A DNA stretch of 64,000 nucleotides from assembly GCA_028873535.1 (NCBI GenBank), contig JAGWIJ010000004.1, positions 313-64,312 on the forward strand. Reading direction: 5' to 3'. Every line of letters begins with the position of its first letter. The first letter of the stretch is position 1. Positions 43,573-54,209 of the stretch are shown here, in pieces. This DNA is from Pseudomonadota bacterium. GTDB lineage: Bacteria; Pseudomonadota; Gammaproteobacteria; Burkholderiales; Ferrovaceae. The position numbers were made by a program, and so were the translations under genes. The notes beneath the pieces were generated by a model. That model saw only the letters and a list, made by a program, of their open reading frames with translations, was not told the origin of the DNA and made no database searches.

Positions 43573-45167
43573 GTGCCACAGCGGCGGCCACGGTCTGGAG
43601 TCGCGAAAGTGACGAGCACTGGACCTCGCTGTTCTATTTCTGCCTGTACCGGCTGATCTCGGCCGCACTGTTCCTGGGCCTGGGTGGTGTCGCGCTGTGG
43701 CGCGGCACGCTGGCGCCTGAGCGCGTCGCGCCCTATTTCACGCTGGGCGCGGTCTACCTGCTGCTGGCCGCCTGCTTCGTGCTGCTGTCGCGCGGCGAGC
43801 GCGCGCTGTTCCATCTGCAGCTGTCGGCCCAGGTGATGATGGATGCCTGCCTGATTCCCGTCCTGGGGTATGTGCTCGGCCCCCTGGGCGGCGGCATGCC
43901 GCTGCTGGTACTGGTGTCACTGGCCGGTGCCGCCATCATCGGCCGAGGCCGCCTGGTGGTGTTCTACGCCGCGTGCGCTGCGCTGATCCTGATGTTCATC
44001 CACGCGCTGAGCGTGTTCCTGGGCGAGTCCTCGAGCGCCGACTTCCTGCAGGTCGGCCTGATCAGCTGTGCCTACTTCGCCACCGCCCTGGCCAGCCACC
44101 GCCTGGCGCGCTCGGCACGCGCCAGCGAAGAGCTGGTGCGCCGTCAGGCGATCGATCTCGCCAACCTCGCCGAGGTCAACCAGGCGGTGTTGCGCGACCT
44201 TGAGCAGGCGGTGCTGGTGGTCGACCGCAGCCGCCTGGTGCGCCACTCCAATCCGCTGGCGCTGGAACTGCTGGGTCCCTTGCCCAACGATCCGGGGGGG
44301 CCGTCGCTGGCCCGCTACAATGCCGAGCTGTCCGAGCGCCTCGATGCCTGGCTCGACGGCGATACCGATGCCGCGCGTGCCACGCTGATGGCGCCCGCCA
44401 ACAGCCGCGAGCTGCGGCCGCGCTTCACCCACATCGGCGGCGAATCCGGGCAGGGCGTGAGCGTGTTCCTGGAGGATGTCACCGATGCGCGCGAGCAGGC
44501 GCGGCAGGGCAAGCTGGCCGCGCTCGGCCGCCTGACCGCCAACATCGCGCACGAGATCCGCAACCCCCTGGCCTCGATCAGCCATGCCGCCGAGCTGCTG
44601 GCCGAGGAGGGACGGCGCGATCCGGTCGAGCTCAAGCTGGTGCGCATCATCCGCGACAACACCGAGCGCCTCAATCGCCTGGTCAACGAGGTGCTCGAAC
44701 TCAACCGCCGCGATCGCGCCAGCCCCGAGGGCATCGATGCCGACAGCTGGTTCACCGAGTGGCGCGATACCTTCTGTGCCGCCGAGGGCCTGCCGACGCA
44801 ATGGATCGCGCTGGAACTCGCGCCGGGCCTGCGGCTGCGCTTTGACCGCAACCATTTGCATCAGGTAGTGTGGAACCTGGTCCGCAATGCCGTGCGCTTC
44901 TGCCGCCGCCGCAACGGCAGCGTGCGGATCTGCCTGGAGCGCGCGCCGGGAACCATCGGACTGCAGCTCGACATACTCGACGACGGTCCGGGGGTGCCGG
45001 TGGACCAGCTCAACCAGCTGTTCGAACCGTTCTTCACCACCGACAGCCAGGGAACCGGTCTGGGCCTCTACATCACACGCGAGCTGTGTGCCGCCAACGG
45101 CGCCACCCTCGAGTACATCGAATTCGCCCCGGGCGCGCAGTTCCGACTGCTGGTGCGCGAGGCATGA
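43569..45167 (+). CDS. Polytopic sensor histidine kinase, PilS-like
   Basis: About six N-terminal TM segments, a PAS-like region, the H-box HEIRNPLASISHAAELL, and HATPase N/G boxes (DDGPGV, GTGLGL). Confidence 0.8.
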   Translation: MSATAAATVWSRESDEHWTSLFYFCLYRLISAALFLGLGGVALWRGTLAPERVAPYFTLGAVYLLLAACFVLLSRGERALFHLQLSAQVMMDACLIPVLGYVLGPLGGGMPLLVLVSLAGAAIIGRGRLVVFYAACAALILMFIHALSVFLGESSSADFLQVGLISCAYFATALASHRLARSARASEELVRRQAIDLANLAEVNQAVLRDLEQAVLVVDRSRLVRHSNPLALELLGPLPNDPGGPSLARYNAELSERLDAWLDGDTDAARATLMAPANSRELRPRFTHIGGESGQGVSVFLEDVTDAREQARQGKLAALGRLTANIAHEIRNPLASISHAAELLAEEGRRDPVELKLVRIIRDNTERLNRLVNEVLELNRRDRASPEGIDADSWFTEWRDTFCAAEGLPTQWIALELAPGLRLRFDRNHLHQVVWNLVRNAVRFCRRRNGSVRICLERAPGTIGLQLDILDDGPGVPVDQLNQLFEPFFTTDSQGTGLGLYITRELCAANGATLEYIEFAPGAQFRLLVREA

Positions 45168-45186
45168 AGGGGAGCCAGTCCGCACC

Positions 45187-46671
45187 ATGAGTGCGCAAGC
45201 GAAGCCGGTGCTGGTGGTCGATGACGAGGCGGACATCCGCGACCTGCTCGAGCTGACCCTCGCCAAGATGGGGCTCGAGACGGTCGCTGCCGGTTCCGTG
45301 GCCGAGGCGCGACTGTGCATATCGCGTGGCAGCTATTCGCTGTGCCTGACCGACATGCGGCTGCCGGATGGCGAAGGCCTGGAACTGGTCAGCCTGATCG
45401 CCGAGGTGCTTCCCGGCACGCCGGTCGCCGTGATCACCGCGCACGGCAGCGCCGAGAATGCCGTCGCCGCGCTCAAGGCCGGCGCCTTCGACTACCTGTC
45501 CAAGCCGGTCTCGCTTTCCCAGTTGCGTGATCTGGTCAAGGCTGCGCTGCGTGCCAACGGCAGCAACGGGCGCGGTGCGCGCGGCGAGGGCGTGCCTTCG
45601 GCGGCGCTGGAACGGCTGGTCGGCACCTCGCAGAGGCTGCAGCAGGTGCGCGAGATGATCGCGCGTCTGGCGCGCAGCCAGGCGCCGGTCTATGTGACCG
45701 GGGAGTCGGGTACCGGCAAGGAGCTGGCTGCGCGCGCCATCCATGGCGCCAGTGCGCGCGCCGGCGGCCCGTTTGTCGGCGTCAACTGCGGTGCGATTCC
45801 CGAGAACCTGATGGAAAGCGAGTTCTTCGGCTACCGCAAGGGCGCCTTCACCGGCGCTGCCCAGGACCGCGACGGCTTCTTCCAGGCAGCGCACGGCGGC
45901 ACGCTGTTCCTCGACGAGGTGGCCGACCTGCCGCTGCAGATGCAGGTCAAGCTGCTGCGTGCCATCCAGGAGAAGCGCGTGCGCCGGGTCGGTGATACGG
46001 CCGAAGAGAATGTCGACGTGCGCCTGATCAGCGCCACCCATCAGAATCTGGCCGACCTCGTGCAGGCCGGCCGCTTCCGGCAGGACCTTTACTACCGGCT
46101 CAATGTGATCGAGCTGCGCATGCCCTCGCTGCGCGACATGGCCGAAGACGTGCCCGGCATCGCACGCACCCTGCTCAAGCGCCTGGCCGACGAGGACGGC
46201 AGCGCGGCGCCGGTACTGGCTGCCGACGCCATGGCCGCGCTGCAGGGCTATGGCTTTCCGGGCAATGTACGCGAGCTCGAGAACCTGCTCGAACGCGCCA
46301 TGGCGCTGTGCAACGGGCGTGAGATCCGGGCCGCCGACCTGCTGCTGGGGGACGGCGGCATGTCGCAGGAGCCGCCGCCGGAACCCAGGGCGCGCGCCGC
46401 AGCGGCGTTCGACGATGGCGGCTTCGACGCGCCGGAGGCCGAGCCGATGGCGCCCTTGCCGGGCCGCTACCACGCCGATCCGCCGGCCGATCCGCGCGCC
46501 GCGGCGGGTCTGCCGGACTGCCCGCTGCCCGAATATCTCGATCTGATCGAACGGCGCGCCATCGAAGCCGCGCTGACGCGCACGCGTTTCAACAAGACGG
46601 CGGCGGCGCGCCTGCTCGGCATCACCTTCCGGGCGCTGCGCTACCGCATGGAACGCCTTGGCATCGAATAG
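45187..46671 (+). CDS. Sigma-54-dependent response regulator, PilR/NtrC family
   Basis: A receiver domain (VLVVDDE..., DMRLPDG), an AAA+ domain ([18 protein letters not shown]) and a Fis-type HTH ([20 protein letters not shown]). Confidence 0.88.
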   Translation: MSAQAKPVLVVDDEADIRDLLELTLAKMGLETVAAGSVAEARLCISRGSYSLCLTDMRLPDGEGLELVSLIAEVLPGTPVAVITAHGSAENAVAALKAGAFDYLSKPVSLSQLRDLVKAALRANGSNGRGARGEGVPSAALERLVGTSQRLQQVREMIARLARSQAPVYVTGESGTGKELAARAIHGASARAGGPFVGVNCGAIPENLMESEFFGYRKGAFTGAAQDRDGFFQAAHGGTLFLDEVADLPLQMQVKLLRAIQEKRVRRVGDTAEENVDVRLISATHQNLADLVQAGRFRQDLYYRLNVIELRMPSLRDMAEDVPGIARTLLKRLADEDGSAAPVLAADAMAALQGYGFPGNVRELENLLERAMALCNGREIRAADLLLGDGGMSQEPPPEPRARAAAAFDDGGFDAPEAEPMAPLPGRYHADPPADPRAAAGLPDCPLPEYLDLIERRAIEAALTRTRFNKTAAARLLGITFRALRYRMERLGIE

Positions 46672-46698
46672 CTCCGGCGTCCGGCGACGGCTGCGCTG

Positions 46699-47253
46699 AT
46701 GCGCTTCGACGTCGACATGCACGGCTGGGTGCGCCAGGCGCGGCGCCTGCCGTCGCCCAACTGCGACGCGCGTCCGTGCGGCATGCCGGTATGCCTGCTG
46801 GTGATCCACTGCATCAGCCTGCCGCGCGGCTGCTATGGCGGGGCCGCCGTCGCGCAACTGTTTGCCAACACCCTCGATACCCAGGCCGATCCGCGCCTGG
46901 CCGATCTGGCCGGACTGCGCGTGTCCAGCCATTTCCTGATCCGCCGCGACGGCGAACTGCTGCAGTTCGTGTCTGGCCACCAGCGCGCCTGGCATGCCGG
47001 TGTCTCGTGCTGGCAGGGTCGCCCGGGCTGCAACGATTTCTCGATCGGCGTCGAGCTCGAAGGCGTCGATGACGGGCCTTACACCGATGCCCAGTACGAG
47101 GTGCTGGCGGCGCTCCAGCAGGGCCTGCTCGGGGCCTATCCGCTGCGCGCCCAGGCGGCGCACAGCGACATCGCGCCCGGCCGCAAGACCGATCCTGGCC
47201 CCGGATTCGAGTGGTCGCGCGCCAGCGCACAGCTGGAGCGGGTTGCGCGCTGA
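46699..47253 (+). CDS. ampD: 1,6-anhydro-N-acetylmuramyl-L-alanine amidase AmpD
   Basis: An Amidase_2 protein with VIHCISLP, SSHFLIRRDGELLQFV, AWHAG and DIAPGRKTDPGP. Confidence 0.88.
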   Translation: MRFDVDMHGWVRQARRLPSPNCDARPCGMPVCLLVIHCISLPRGCYGGAAVAQLFANTLDTQADPRLADLAGLRVSSHFLIRRDGELLQFVSGHQRAWHAGVSCWQGRPGCNDFSIGVELEGVDDGPYTDAQYEVLAALQQGLLGAYPLRAQAAHSDIAPGRKTDPGPGFEWSRASAQLERVAR

Positions 47254-47394
47254 ACGCTCAGGCGCCGCAAGGCCTGCGCGCCGGTGACATGACACGTTTG
47301 TTGCAATGCGGCATCGGGCGTCTGTCCATGACAAATCACCAAATCCCTGATTCGCCTTAAGAAAAATCGAGGCAAAAAAAACTCCTGACGGCTG

Positions 47395-47423
47395 TTGCCA
47401 TGGATCAGGCTGACCCCTAGAAT
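47395..47423 (+). promoter_or_regulatory. Candidate sigma-70 promoter of nrdAB
   Basis: TTGCCA (47395-47400), a 17-nt spacer, then TAGAAT (47418-47423). It sits in the only AT-rich patch upstream of nrdA. Confidence 0.5.
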
Positions 47424-47461
47424 CTGTGGTCGTTGCTGCTGCCAACCACAAGATCTGGTGT
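47414..47461 (+). promoter_or_regulatory. Two candidate NrdR boxes about 32 bp apart centre to centre
   Basis: CCACAAGATCTGGTGT (47446-47461) matches acaCwAtATaTwGtgt at 12/16 positions. CCCCTAGAATCTGTGG (47414-47429) matches at 9/16 and overlaps the -10 element. Confidence 0.4.
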
Positions 47462-47526
47462 TTTCTTGTCCACAGCTTGTGCACAGCCTTTCCCCAAGCC
47501 CCCCTGCCGACCGCCAAGGAGCGCGC

Positions 47527-50385
47527 ATGCAAATCAACCCCGAAATCTCCCACGCCGACAAACCGAATCCCGGCGCTGCCTTCCAGGCAAGTGAGGCCGG
47601 CAATACGCGCGACGCCCGTTTTGCGCAGTACAAGGTGATCCGTCGCAACGGCGCCGTGGTGGGTTTCGAGCCCGAAAAGATCTCGATCGCGTTGACCAAG
47701 GCCTTCCTGGCCGTCAACGGCGGGCAGGGCGCCGCCAGCGCGCGCGTGCGCGACCTGGTGGCACAGCTCACCCAGATGGCGGCGGCGGCCCTGCTGCGCC
47801 GTGAGCCGGCCGGCGGCACCTTCCACATCGAAGACATCCAGGATCAGGTGGAACTGGCCCTGATGCGCTCGGGCGAACACGAGGTCGCGCGTTCCTACGT
47901 GCTCTACCGCGAGCAGCGCAGCCGCGAGCGCGCGCGCGTCGCCGAGGACAGCGGCGCTGCGCCGCTGTCGATCTCGGTGGTCGACCGTGGCGTCGCGCGT
48001 CCGCTCGACCTCAAGGCACTCGAAGCGCTGGTGGCGGAGTGCTGTCAGGGACTGGAGGCCGCGACCGACACGCCGCTGATCGTGGCGCAGACGCTCAAGG
48101 ACCTCTACGACGGCGTGCCGCTGGAGGAGGTCTACAAGTCGGTGATCCTGTCGGCGCGTGCGCTGATCGAAAAGGATCCGGCCTATGCCCAGGTGACCGC
48201 GCGCCTGCTGCTCGACAGCGTGCGCCGCGAAGTGCTGGGCGAGACGGTGAGTCAGGCCGCGATGGCCACGCGCTATGCCGAGTATTTCCCCGTCTTCATC
48301 CGGCGCGGCATCCAGGCCGAGCTGCTCGACGAGCGGCTGGCCCAGTTCGACCTGCCGCGCCTGGCCGGCGCGCTCAAGGCCGAGCGCGACATGCAGTTCG
48401 ACTACCTTGGCCTGCAGACGCTGTACGACCGCTACTTCCTGCACGTCGAGGAAGAGCGCATCGAACTGCCGCAGGCCTTTTTCATGCGCGTGGCGATGGG
48501 CCTGGCGCTCAACGAGATCGACCGCGAAACGCGCGCCATCGAATTCTACGAAGTGCTGTCGAGCTTCGATTTCATGAGCTCGACGCCGACCCTGTTCAAC
48601 TCCGGCACGCGCCGCTCGCAGCTGTCGTCGTGCTACCTGACCACCATTTCGGACGACCTCGAAGGCATCTACGAAGGTCTCAAGGAGAACGCCCTGCTGT
48701 CCAAGTTCGCGGGCGGCCTCGGCAACGACTGGTCGCAGGTGCGCGCGCTGGGCTCGTACATCAAGGGCACCAATGGCAAGAGCCAGGGCGTGGTGCCCTT
48801 CCTCAAGGTGGTCAACGACACCGCCGTGGCCGTCAACCAGGGGGGCAAGCGCAAAGGCGCCGTGTGCGCCTACCTCGAGACCTGGCACCTCGACATCGAG
48901 GAGTTCCTCGAGCTGCGCAAGAACACCGGCGATGACCGCCGCCGCACCCACGACATGAACACGGCCAACTGGATCCCCGACCTGTTCATGAAGCGCGTGA
49001 TGGAAGCCGGCGACTGGACGCTGTTCTCGCCCTCCGACACGCCCGACCTGCACGACAGGTTTGGTGCCGATTTCGAGGCGGCCTACACGGGCTACGAAGC
49101 GCGTGCGGCACGCGGCGAACTCAAGCTGTTCCGCAAGGTCCCGGCGCTGCAACTGTGGCGCAAGATGCTGTCGATGCTGTTCGAGACCGGTCATCCCTGG
49201 ATCACCTTCAAGGATCCCTGCAACATCCGTTCGCCGCAGAACCATGTCGGCGTGGTCCACAGCAGCAACCTGTGCACCGAGATCACCCTCAACACCAGCG
49301 ACAGCGAGATCGCCGTGTGCAACCTGGGTTCGGTCAACCTGGTGGCCCACCTCAAGGACGGCCAGCTCGACGGCGTCAAGCTGCAGCGGACCATCCGCAC
49401 CGCCATGCGCATGCTCGACAACGTGATCGACATCAACTACTACGCGGTGGCCAAGGCGCGCAATTCCAACCTCAAGCACCGTCCGGTGGGCCTGGGCATC
49501 ATGGCCTTCCAGGACTGCCTGCATGCGCTGCGCGTGGCCTACGGTTCCGACGCGGCAGTCGAGTTCGCCGATCGCTCGATGGAAATGGTGTGCTACCACG
49601 CCTACTGGGCCTCGACCGAACTCGCCGAGGAACGCGGCCGCTACGCCAGCTACCGGGGTTCGCTGTGGGATCGCGGCGTGCTGCCGCAGGACAGCCTGGA
49701 CCTGCTGGGCGACGCGCGCGGCGGCTACCTGGAGGTGGACCGCAGCAGCACGCTGGACTGGGACGCGCTGCGTGCGCGCATCGCCAGCCACGGCATGCGC
49801 AACTCCAACTGCGTCGCCATCGCGCCCACCGCCACCATCGCCAATATCGTGGGCGTGTCGGCGTGCATCGAACCGACCTTCCAGAACCTGTTCGTCAAGA
49901 GCAACCTGTCGGGCGAGTTCACCGTGGTCAACCAGTACCTGGTGCGCGACCTCAAGGCACGCAAGCTGTGGGACGACGTCATGGTGTCCGACCTCAAGTA
50001 TTTCGACGGCTCGCTGTCGCGCATCGACCGCATCCCGGCCGACCTGCGCCAGCTCTACGCGACGGCCTTCGAACTCGACCCGCGCTGGCTGATCGAAGCC
50101 GCCTCGCGGCGCCAGAAGTGGATCGACCAGGCGCAGAGCCTGAACATCTACATGGCCGGCGCCTCGGGCAAGAAGCTCGACGAAACCTACAAGCTGGCCT
50201 GGGTGCGTGGTCTCAAGACCACCTACTACCTGCGCACGCTGGGCGCCACCTCGGCGGAGAAGTCCACCTCCAAGGCTGGCGCGCTGAATGCGGTGCCGGT
50301 CGATGGCGGACTGCCGGCGCAGGCCTCGGCCGATGAGGCCAAGTTCTGCATCATCACCGATCCCACCTGCGAAGCCTGCCAGTAA
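47527..50385 (+). CDS. nrdA: Ribonucleotide reductase class Ia alpha subunit
   Basis: ATG lies 5 nt after AAGGAG. Contains an ATP-cone ([17 protein letters not shown]), the active site NLCTEI and C-terminal redox cysteines (CEAC). Confidence 0.95.
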   Translation: MQINPEISHADKPNPGAAFQASEAGNTRDARFAQYKVIRRNGAVVGFEPEKISIALTKAFLAVNGGQGAASARVRDLVAQLTQMAAAALLRREPAGGTFHIEDIQDQVELALMRSGEHEVARSYVLYREQRSRERARVAEDSGAAPLSISVVDRGVARPLDLKALEALVAECCQGLEAATDTPLIVAQTLKDLYDGVPLEEVYKSVILSARALIEKDPAYAQVTARLLLDSVRREVLGETVSQAAMATRYAEYFPVFIRRGIQAELLDERLAQFDLPRLAGALKAERDMQFDYLGLQTLYDRYFLHVEEERIELPQAFFMRVAMGLALNEIDRETRAIEFYEVLSSFDFMSSTPTLFNSGTRRSQLSSCYLTTISDDLEGIYEGLKENALLSKFAGGLGNDWSQVRALGSYIKGTNGKSQGVVPFLKVVNDTAVAVNQGGKRKGAVCAYLETWHLDIEEFLELRKNTGDDRRRTHDMNTANWIPDLFMKRVMEAGDWTLFSPSDTPDLHDRFGADFEAAYTGYEARAARGELKLFRKVPALQLWRKMLSMLFETGHPWITFKDPCNIRSPQNHVGVVHSSNLCTEITLNTSDSEIAVCNLGSVNLVAHLKDGQLDGVKLQRTIRTAMRMLDNVIDINYYAVAKARNSNLKHRPVGLGIMAFQDCLHALRVAYGSDAAVEFADRSMEMVCYHAYWASTELAEERGRYASYRGSLWDRGVLPQDSLDLLGDARGGYLEVDRSSTLDWDALRARIASHGMRNSNCVAIAPTATIANIVGVSACIEPTFQNLFVKSNLSGEFTVVNQYLVRDLKARKLWDDVMVSDLKYFDGSLSRIDRIPADLRQLYATAFELDPRWLIEAASRRQKWIDQAQSLNIYMAGASGKKLDETYKLAWVRGLKTTYYLRTLGATSAEKSTSKAGALNAVPVDGGLPAQASADEAKFCIITDPTCEACQ

Positions 50386-50446
50386 GCCTCGCTCCCGCCG
50401 GGCAAGCGCCTGGCGGGCCCCGCCTGCGAATCAAGAGGAATTCCCC

Positions 50447-51679
50447 ATGCTGACCTGGGACGACGAACCGACCCCGTTGCCTGCCCCCCAATCCCTGCCG
50501 CGCGTGCCCTTCGAGCCGCCGCGCATGCCTGCCGAGGTGTCCGCCGCGCGCCAGCAGGCGACCATCAAGCCGGTCGAGGTGCTCGCCGAGGAACTCGACC
50601 TGGATCGCCCGCTGCAGGGCCCGGTCCACCACGACGACGCCGGCCTGCACCCCGAGTCCAACGGCCGCGTGCGCGTCGAGGACAAGCGCATCATCAACTG
50701 CCGCTCCGACGTCAACCAGCTGGTGCCCTTCAAGTACAAGTGGGCGTGGGAAAAGTACCTGGCCGGCTGCGCCAACCACTGGATGCCGCAGGAAGTGAAC
50801 ATGAACCGCGACATCGCGTTGTGGAAGGATCCCAACGGCCTGACCGACGATGAGCGTCTGGTCGTCAAGCGCAACCTGGGCTTCTTCACCACCGCCGATT
50901 CGCTGGCGGCGAACAACATCGTGCTCGGCACCTACCGCCACATCACCAACCCCGAGTGCCGCCAGTACCTGCTGCGCCAGGCCTTCGAGGAGGCCATCCA
51001 CACCCACGCCTACCAGTACATCGTGGAGAGCCTGGGCCTGGACGAGGGCGAGATCTTCAACATGTACCATGAGGTCCAGAGCATCCGTGACAAGGACCAG
51101 TTCCTGTTCGAGTTCATCGAGACCCTGACCGATCCGGACTTCCGCACCGGCACGCCGGAAAACGACCAGAAGCTGCTCAAGAGCCTGATCGTGTTCTGCT
51201 GCATCATGGAAGGCCTGTTCTTCTACGTGGGCTTCGTGCAGATCCTGGCGCTGGGCCGCCAGAACAAGATGACCGGTTCGGCCGAGCAGTACCAGTACAT
51301 CCTGCGCGACGAGTCGATGCACTGCAATTTCGGCATCGACGTGGTCAACACCATCAAGCTCGAGAACCCGCACCTGTGGACGCCCGAGTTCCGCGAGGAG
51401 ATCCGCGGCCTGATGCTCAAGGGCGTGGAGCTGGAATACCGCTACGCCGAGGACACCATGCCGCGCGGCGTGCTCGGCCTCAATGCGCCGATGTTCAAGG
51501 AGTACCTGCGCTACGTGGCCAACCGGCGCTGCCAGCAGCTCGGCCTCGACGCGCTCTATCCCGGCGCGACCAACCCCTTCCCGTGGATGAGCGAGCTGAT
51601 CGACCTCAAGAAGGAAAAGAACTTCTTCGAGACGCGCGTCACCGAGTACCAGACAGGCGGCGCGCTGAACTGGGAGTAG
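50447..51679 (+). CDS. nrdB: Ribonucleotide reductase class Ia beta subunit
   Basis: Di-iron and tyrosyl-radical ligand regions are present ([35 protein letters not shown]). It has a long N-terminal extension. Confidence 0.93.
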   Translation: MLTWDDEPTPLPAPQSLPRVPFEPPRMPAEVSAARQQATIKPVEVLAEELDLDRPLQGPVHHDDAGLHPESNGRVRVEDKRIINCRSDVNQLVPFKYKWAWEKYLAGCANHWMPQEVNMNRDIALWKDPNGLTDDERLVVKRNLGFFTTADSLAANNIVLGTYRHITNPECRQYLLRQAFEEAIHTHAYQYIVESLGLDEGEIFNMYHEVQSIRDKDQFLFEFIETLTDPDFRTGTPENDQKLLKSLIVFCCIMEGLFFYVGFVQILALGRQNKMTGSAEQYQYILRDESMHCNFGIDVVNTIKLENPHLWTPEFREEIRGLMLKGVELEYRYAEDTMPRGVLGLNAPMFKEYLRYVANRRCQQLGLDALYPGATNPFPWMSELIDLKKEKNFFETRVTEYQTGGALNWE

Positions 51680-51685
51680 TCGGGC

Positions 51686-54076
51686 TCAGGCCGCGTGCGT
51701 GACGCGGCGTCCGCCGCCGGCGCGCTTGGCGGCGTACATGGCGGCATCGGCGTGCCGCAGCAGCACGCCGGGGTCGTTGGCGGCGTGTTCGGGACCGACC
51801 ACGCCGATGCTCGCCGTGGCCAGCACGTGCTCGCCGTGCACGGTATAGGGTTCGGCGAAGCCGTCCAGCAGGCCGTCGGCGACGGCAGCGGCATCGGCAC
51901 TGCAACGGATGCCTTCCAGGACCGCCACGAACTCGTCGCCACCCAGCCGGGCGGCGGTCCAGGCCGAGGCGCCGGATTGCGGTGCGTGCAGCGCCAGGCC
52001 GGCGCGCAGCCGTTCCGCCATCTCGCGCAGCACACTGTCGCCTGCGGCGTGACCCAGGCGGTCGTTGATCTGCTTGAAGCCGTCCAGATCCAGGTAGAGC
52101 ACGGCCGGGCCGGCGTGGCCGTCCTGGTGCGCCGCTTCGACGGCCGCGCGCAGGCGGTGCTCGATCACCGAGCGGTTGGCGAGCCCGGTCAGGCCGTCGG
52201 TTTCGGCGTGCGTGCGCCAGCGTTCCTCGCGCAGCTTGCGCGCGGTGATGTCCATGTAGACGCCGACCACGCGCAGCGGTCGGCCCTCCGCATCGCGTTC
52301 GACCGCCGATCCGAAGGCCTGCATCCACACCCAGTGGCCATTGCGGTGGCGCACGCGGATGTCGCAGCGGTAGGGGGTGGCGGGATCGGCGAAATGGCGA
52401 TCGAGCTGCACCTCCATCCTGCGCCGGTCGTCCGGCTCGATGCGCTCGCGCCAGCGCGGCAGCAGTGGCGCGAACTCGGCGGCGCTGTAGCCCAGCATGC
52501 GGCAGCTGGCCTCGCTCCATTCGCGCTCGCCGGTCGTCAGCAACCATTGCCAGGTGCCGATTTCCGCCACCTCCAGGGCCAGCTGCAGCAGGGTCCATGC
52601 GGCGCGCTGCTCGGTGATGTCGACGAAGCACGCCACGGCGCCGCGGATGCCGCCGGCGGCGTCGCGCAGGGGCTCGCTGTTGATCAGCAGCCAGCGCTGG
52701 CCGTCGTCGGGCGTCATCACGCCCATGGTTTCGCCGCGCACACTGGCACCGGTGCTCAGTGAGCGCACCGTCGGATAGCTCTCGACCGGAAAGGGGCTGA
52801 GGTCCTCGTGCACGGTGCACCAGCGCGGGTCGATCGAGGCGCGCCCGAGCAGCTGGTCGCGCTGCAGTCCCAGCGCCTGTTCCGCAGCCTGGTTCGCTTC
52901 GACGATCACACCGTTGCTGTCGTGCTCGATGACGCCGGCGGGCAGGGCGTCGAGCAGCGCGCGCAGGCGCAGGCGTTCGCGCACCTGGGCGGTGATGTCG
53001 CTTTCGACGGCGATGAAGCCCGTGACGCGGCCATCCGCCGTGCAGATCGGCTGGATGTCGATGTCCAGCCAGTACTCGCGGCCGCCCTTGCCGCGGTTCA
53101 AGAGTTCGGCGCGCACGCCCATGCCCTGGTCCATCGCCCGCCGCATGCGCGCCAGCGTGCTGAGGTCCGTGGCCGGCGCGCCGAGCAGTTCGGCCGGGTT
53201 GCGGCCGCGCGCTTCTTCCAGCGTGTAGCCGGTGACGCGCGTGAAGGCTTCGTTGACCCAGACGATGGTGCGCGCGACATCGCTGATGACCACCATGTTG
53301 TTGGTGCGCCTGGCCACCAGGGCCAGTCGGCTCAGCTCCTCGCTGTGTTCGAGCAGACGGCGCTGCTGTTCCTTGACGGCGCGTGCAGCGGGCTCGACGA
53401 TGGTCAGCAGCAGCACCAGCAGCAGTCCGCCGCACAGCGCTGACGACACCAGCAGGCCGCGACTGGCGCCGCTGGACTTGGCGTCCGCCGCGTGCTGCAG
53501 CAGCGTGACCAGGCTGCGCACCGTGGTCAGGGTCCGATCGGCCTGGGCACGCAGCTGCGCGTCGGCATGCAGCGTGACCTGCGCGAGCGCGTGTGCGGAT
53601 TCGGGGGCTGCGAGGACGCGCACCTGCGCCCAGAGCAGGCTGCGCTCGACGCGCCAGCGATCGATGGCCGCGAGCAGGCGCGGCGCATCCTCGACGCGGT
53701 CGGCAACACCCTGCGCATCGAGCACGGCATCGATCTGCCGCGCCTCGTCCTGCGCGCTGCGCAAGCCGGCTGCCAGCGCGGCGTGATCGACGGAAGGCGA
53801 GGTTGCCAGCAGCGCCAGACGCATGGTCCACATGCGCTGCGCGCCCGCCAGATTGATGAGTTCGGCATCCTCGCTGCGGTGCTTTTCGCCCCGCCAGGCA
53901 ACACCGGCCGCGACCGCCAGCACCACGGCCAGCGCCAGCAGCGTGCCGTAGGTGGCCGCGCGCAGCCGGATCACGGCGGACGTGCCGGTGCCTCCTGTCT
54001 GCCGGTGGCCGTCAGGCAGTGCATCCCGGGCGCGATCGCGCTGGGGGCTGGCGCGCTTCAGAGGAAGGAATGGCAT
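51686..54076 (-). CDS. Membrane diguanylate cyclase: PilJ/NarX-P-box-like periplasmic sensor, multiple PAS domains, GGDEF
   Basis: The periplasmic segment lies between TM1 (LLALAVVLAVAAGVAW) and TM2 and contains LINLAGAQRMWTMRLALL. At least three PAS-like blocks follow. The GGDEF active site is RLGGDEFVAVL. No EAL domain is present. Confidence 0.8.
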   Translation of the reverse strand: MPFLPLKRASPQRDRARDALPDGHRQTGGTGTSAVIRLRAATYGTLLALAVVLAVAAGVAWRGEKHRSEDAELINLAGAQRMWTMRLALLATSPSVDHAALAAGLRSAQDEARQIDAVLDAQGVADRVEDAPRLLAAIDRWRVERSLLWAQVRVLAAPESAHALAQVTLHADAQLRAQADRTLTTVRSLVTLLQHAADAKSSGASRGLLVSSALCGGLLLVLLLTIVEPAARAVKEQQRRLLEHSEELSRLALVARRTNNMVVISDVARTIVWVNEAFTRVTGYTLEEARGRNPAELLGAPATDLSTLARMRRAMDQGMGVRAELLNRGKGGREYWLDIDIQPICTADGRVTGFIAVESDITAQVRERLRLRALLDALPAGVIEHDSNGVIVEANQAAEQALGLQRDQLLGRASIDPRWCTVHEDLSPFPVESYPTVRSLSTGASVRGETMGVMTPDDGQRWLLINSEPLRDAAGGIRGAVACFVDITEQRAAWTLLQLALEVAEIGTWQWLLTTGEREWSEASCRMLGYSAAEFAPLLPRWRERIEPDDRRRMEVQLDRHFADPATPYRCDIRVRHRNGHWVWMQAFGSAVERDAEGRPLRVVGVYMDITARKLREERWRTHAETDGLTGLANRSVIEHRLRAAVEAAHQDGHAGPAVLYLDLDGFKQINDRLGHAAGDSVLREMAERLRAGLALHAPQSGASAWTAARLGGDEFVAVLEGIRCSADAAAVADGLLDGFAEPYTVHGEHVLATASIGVVGPEHAANDPGVLLRHADAAMYAAKRAGGGRRVTHAA

Positions 54077-54209
54077 GCACCGTTAACGGCGCAGCCACTC
54101 CAAACTGATGTCGCGGCCGGCATGAAAGTGACTGGCCTGCAAGGTGCCGCCTACCCGCGCCTGGCGGCCACCGCGGGCTTGGTCTGACCGTGCGGCGCGC
54201 CGCCGCGGG

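Noticed and set aside
45073-49791. A 1,572-aa minus-strand ORF spanning the response regulator, ampD and nrdA.
   Set aside because: It crosses three well-supported plus-strand genes and two intergenic regions. Its translation is a low-complexity Arg/Ala/Gly-rich string, so it is a GC artefact.
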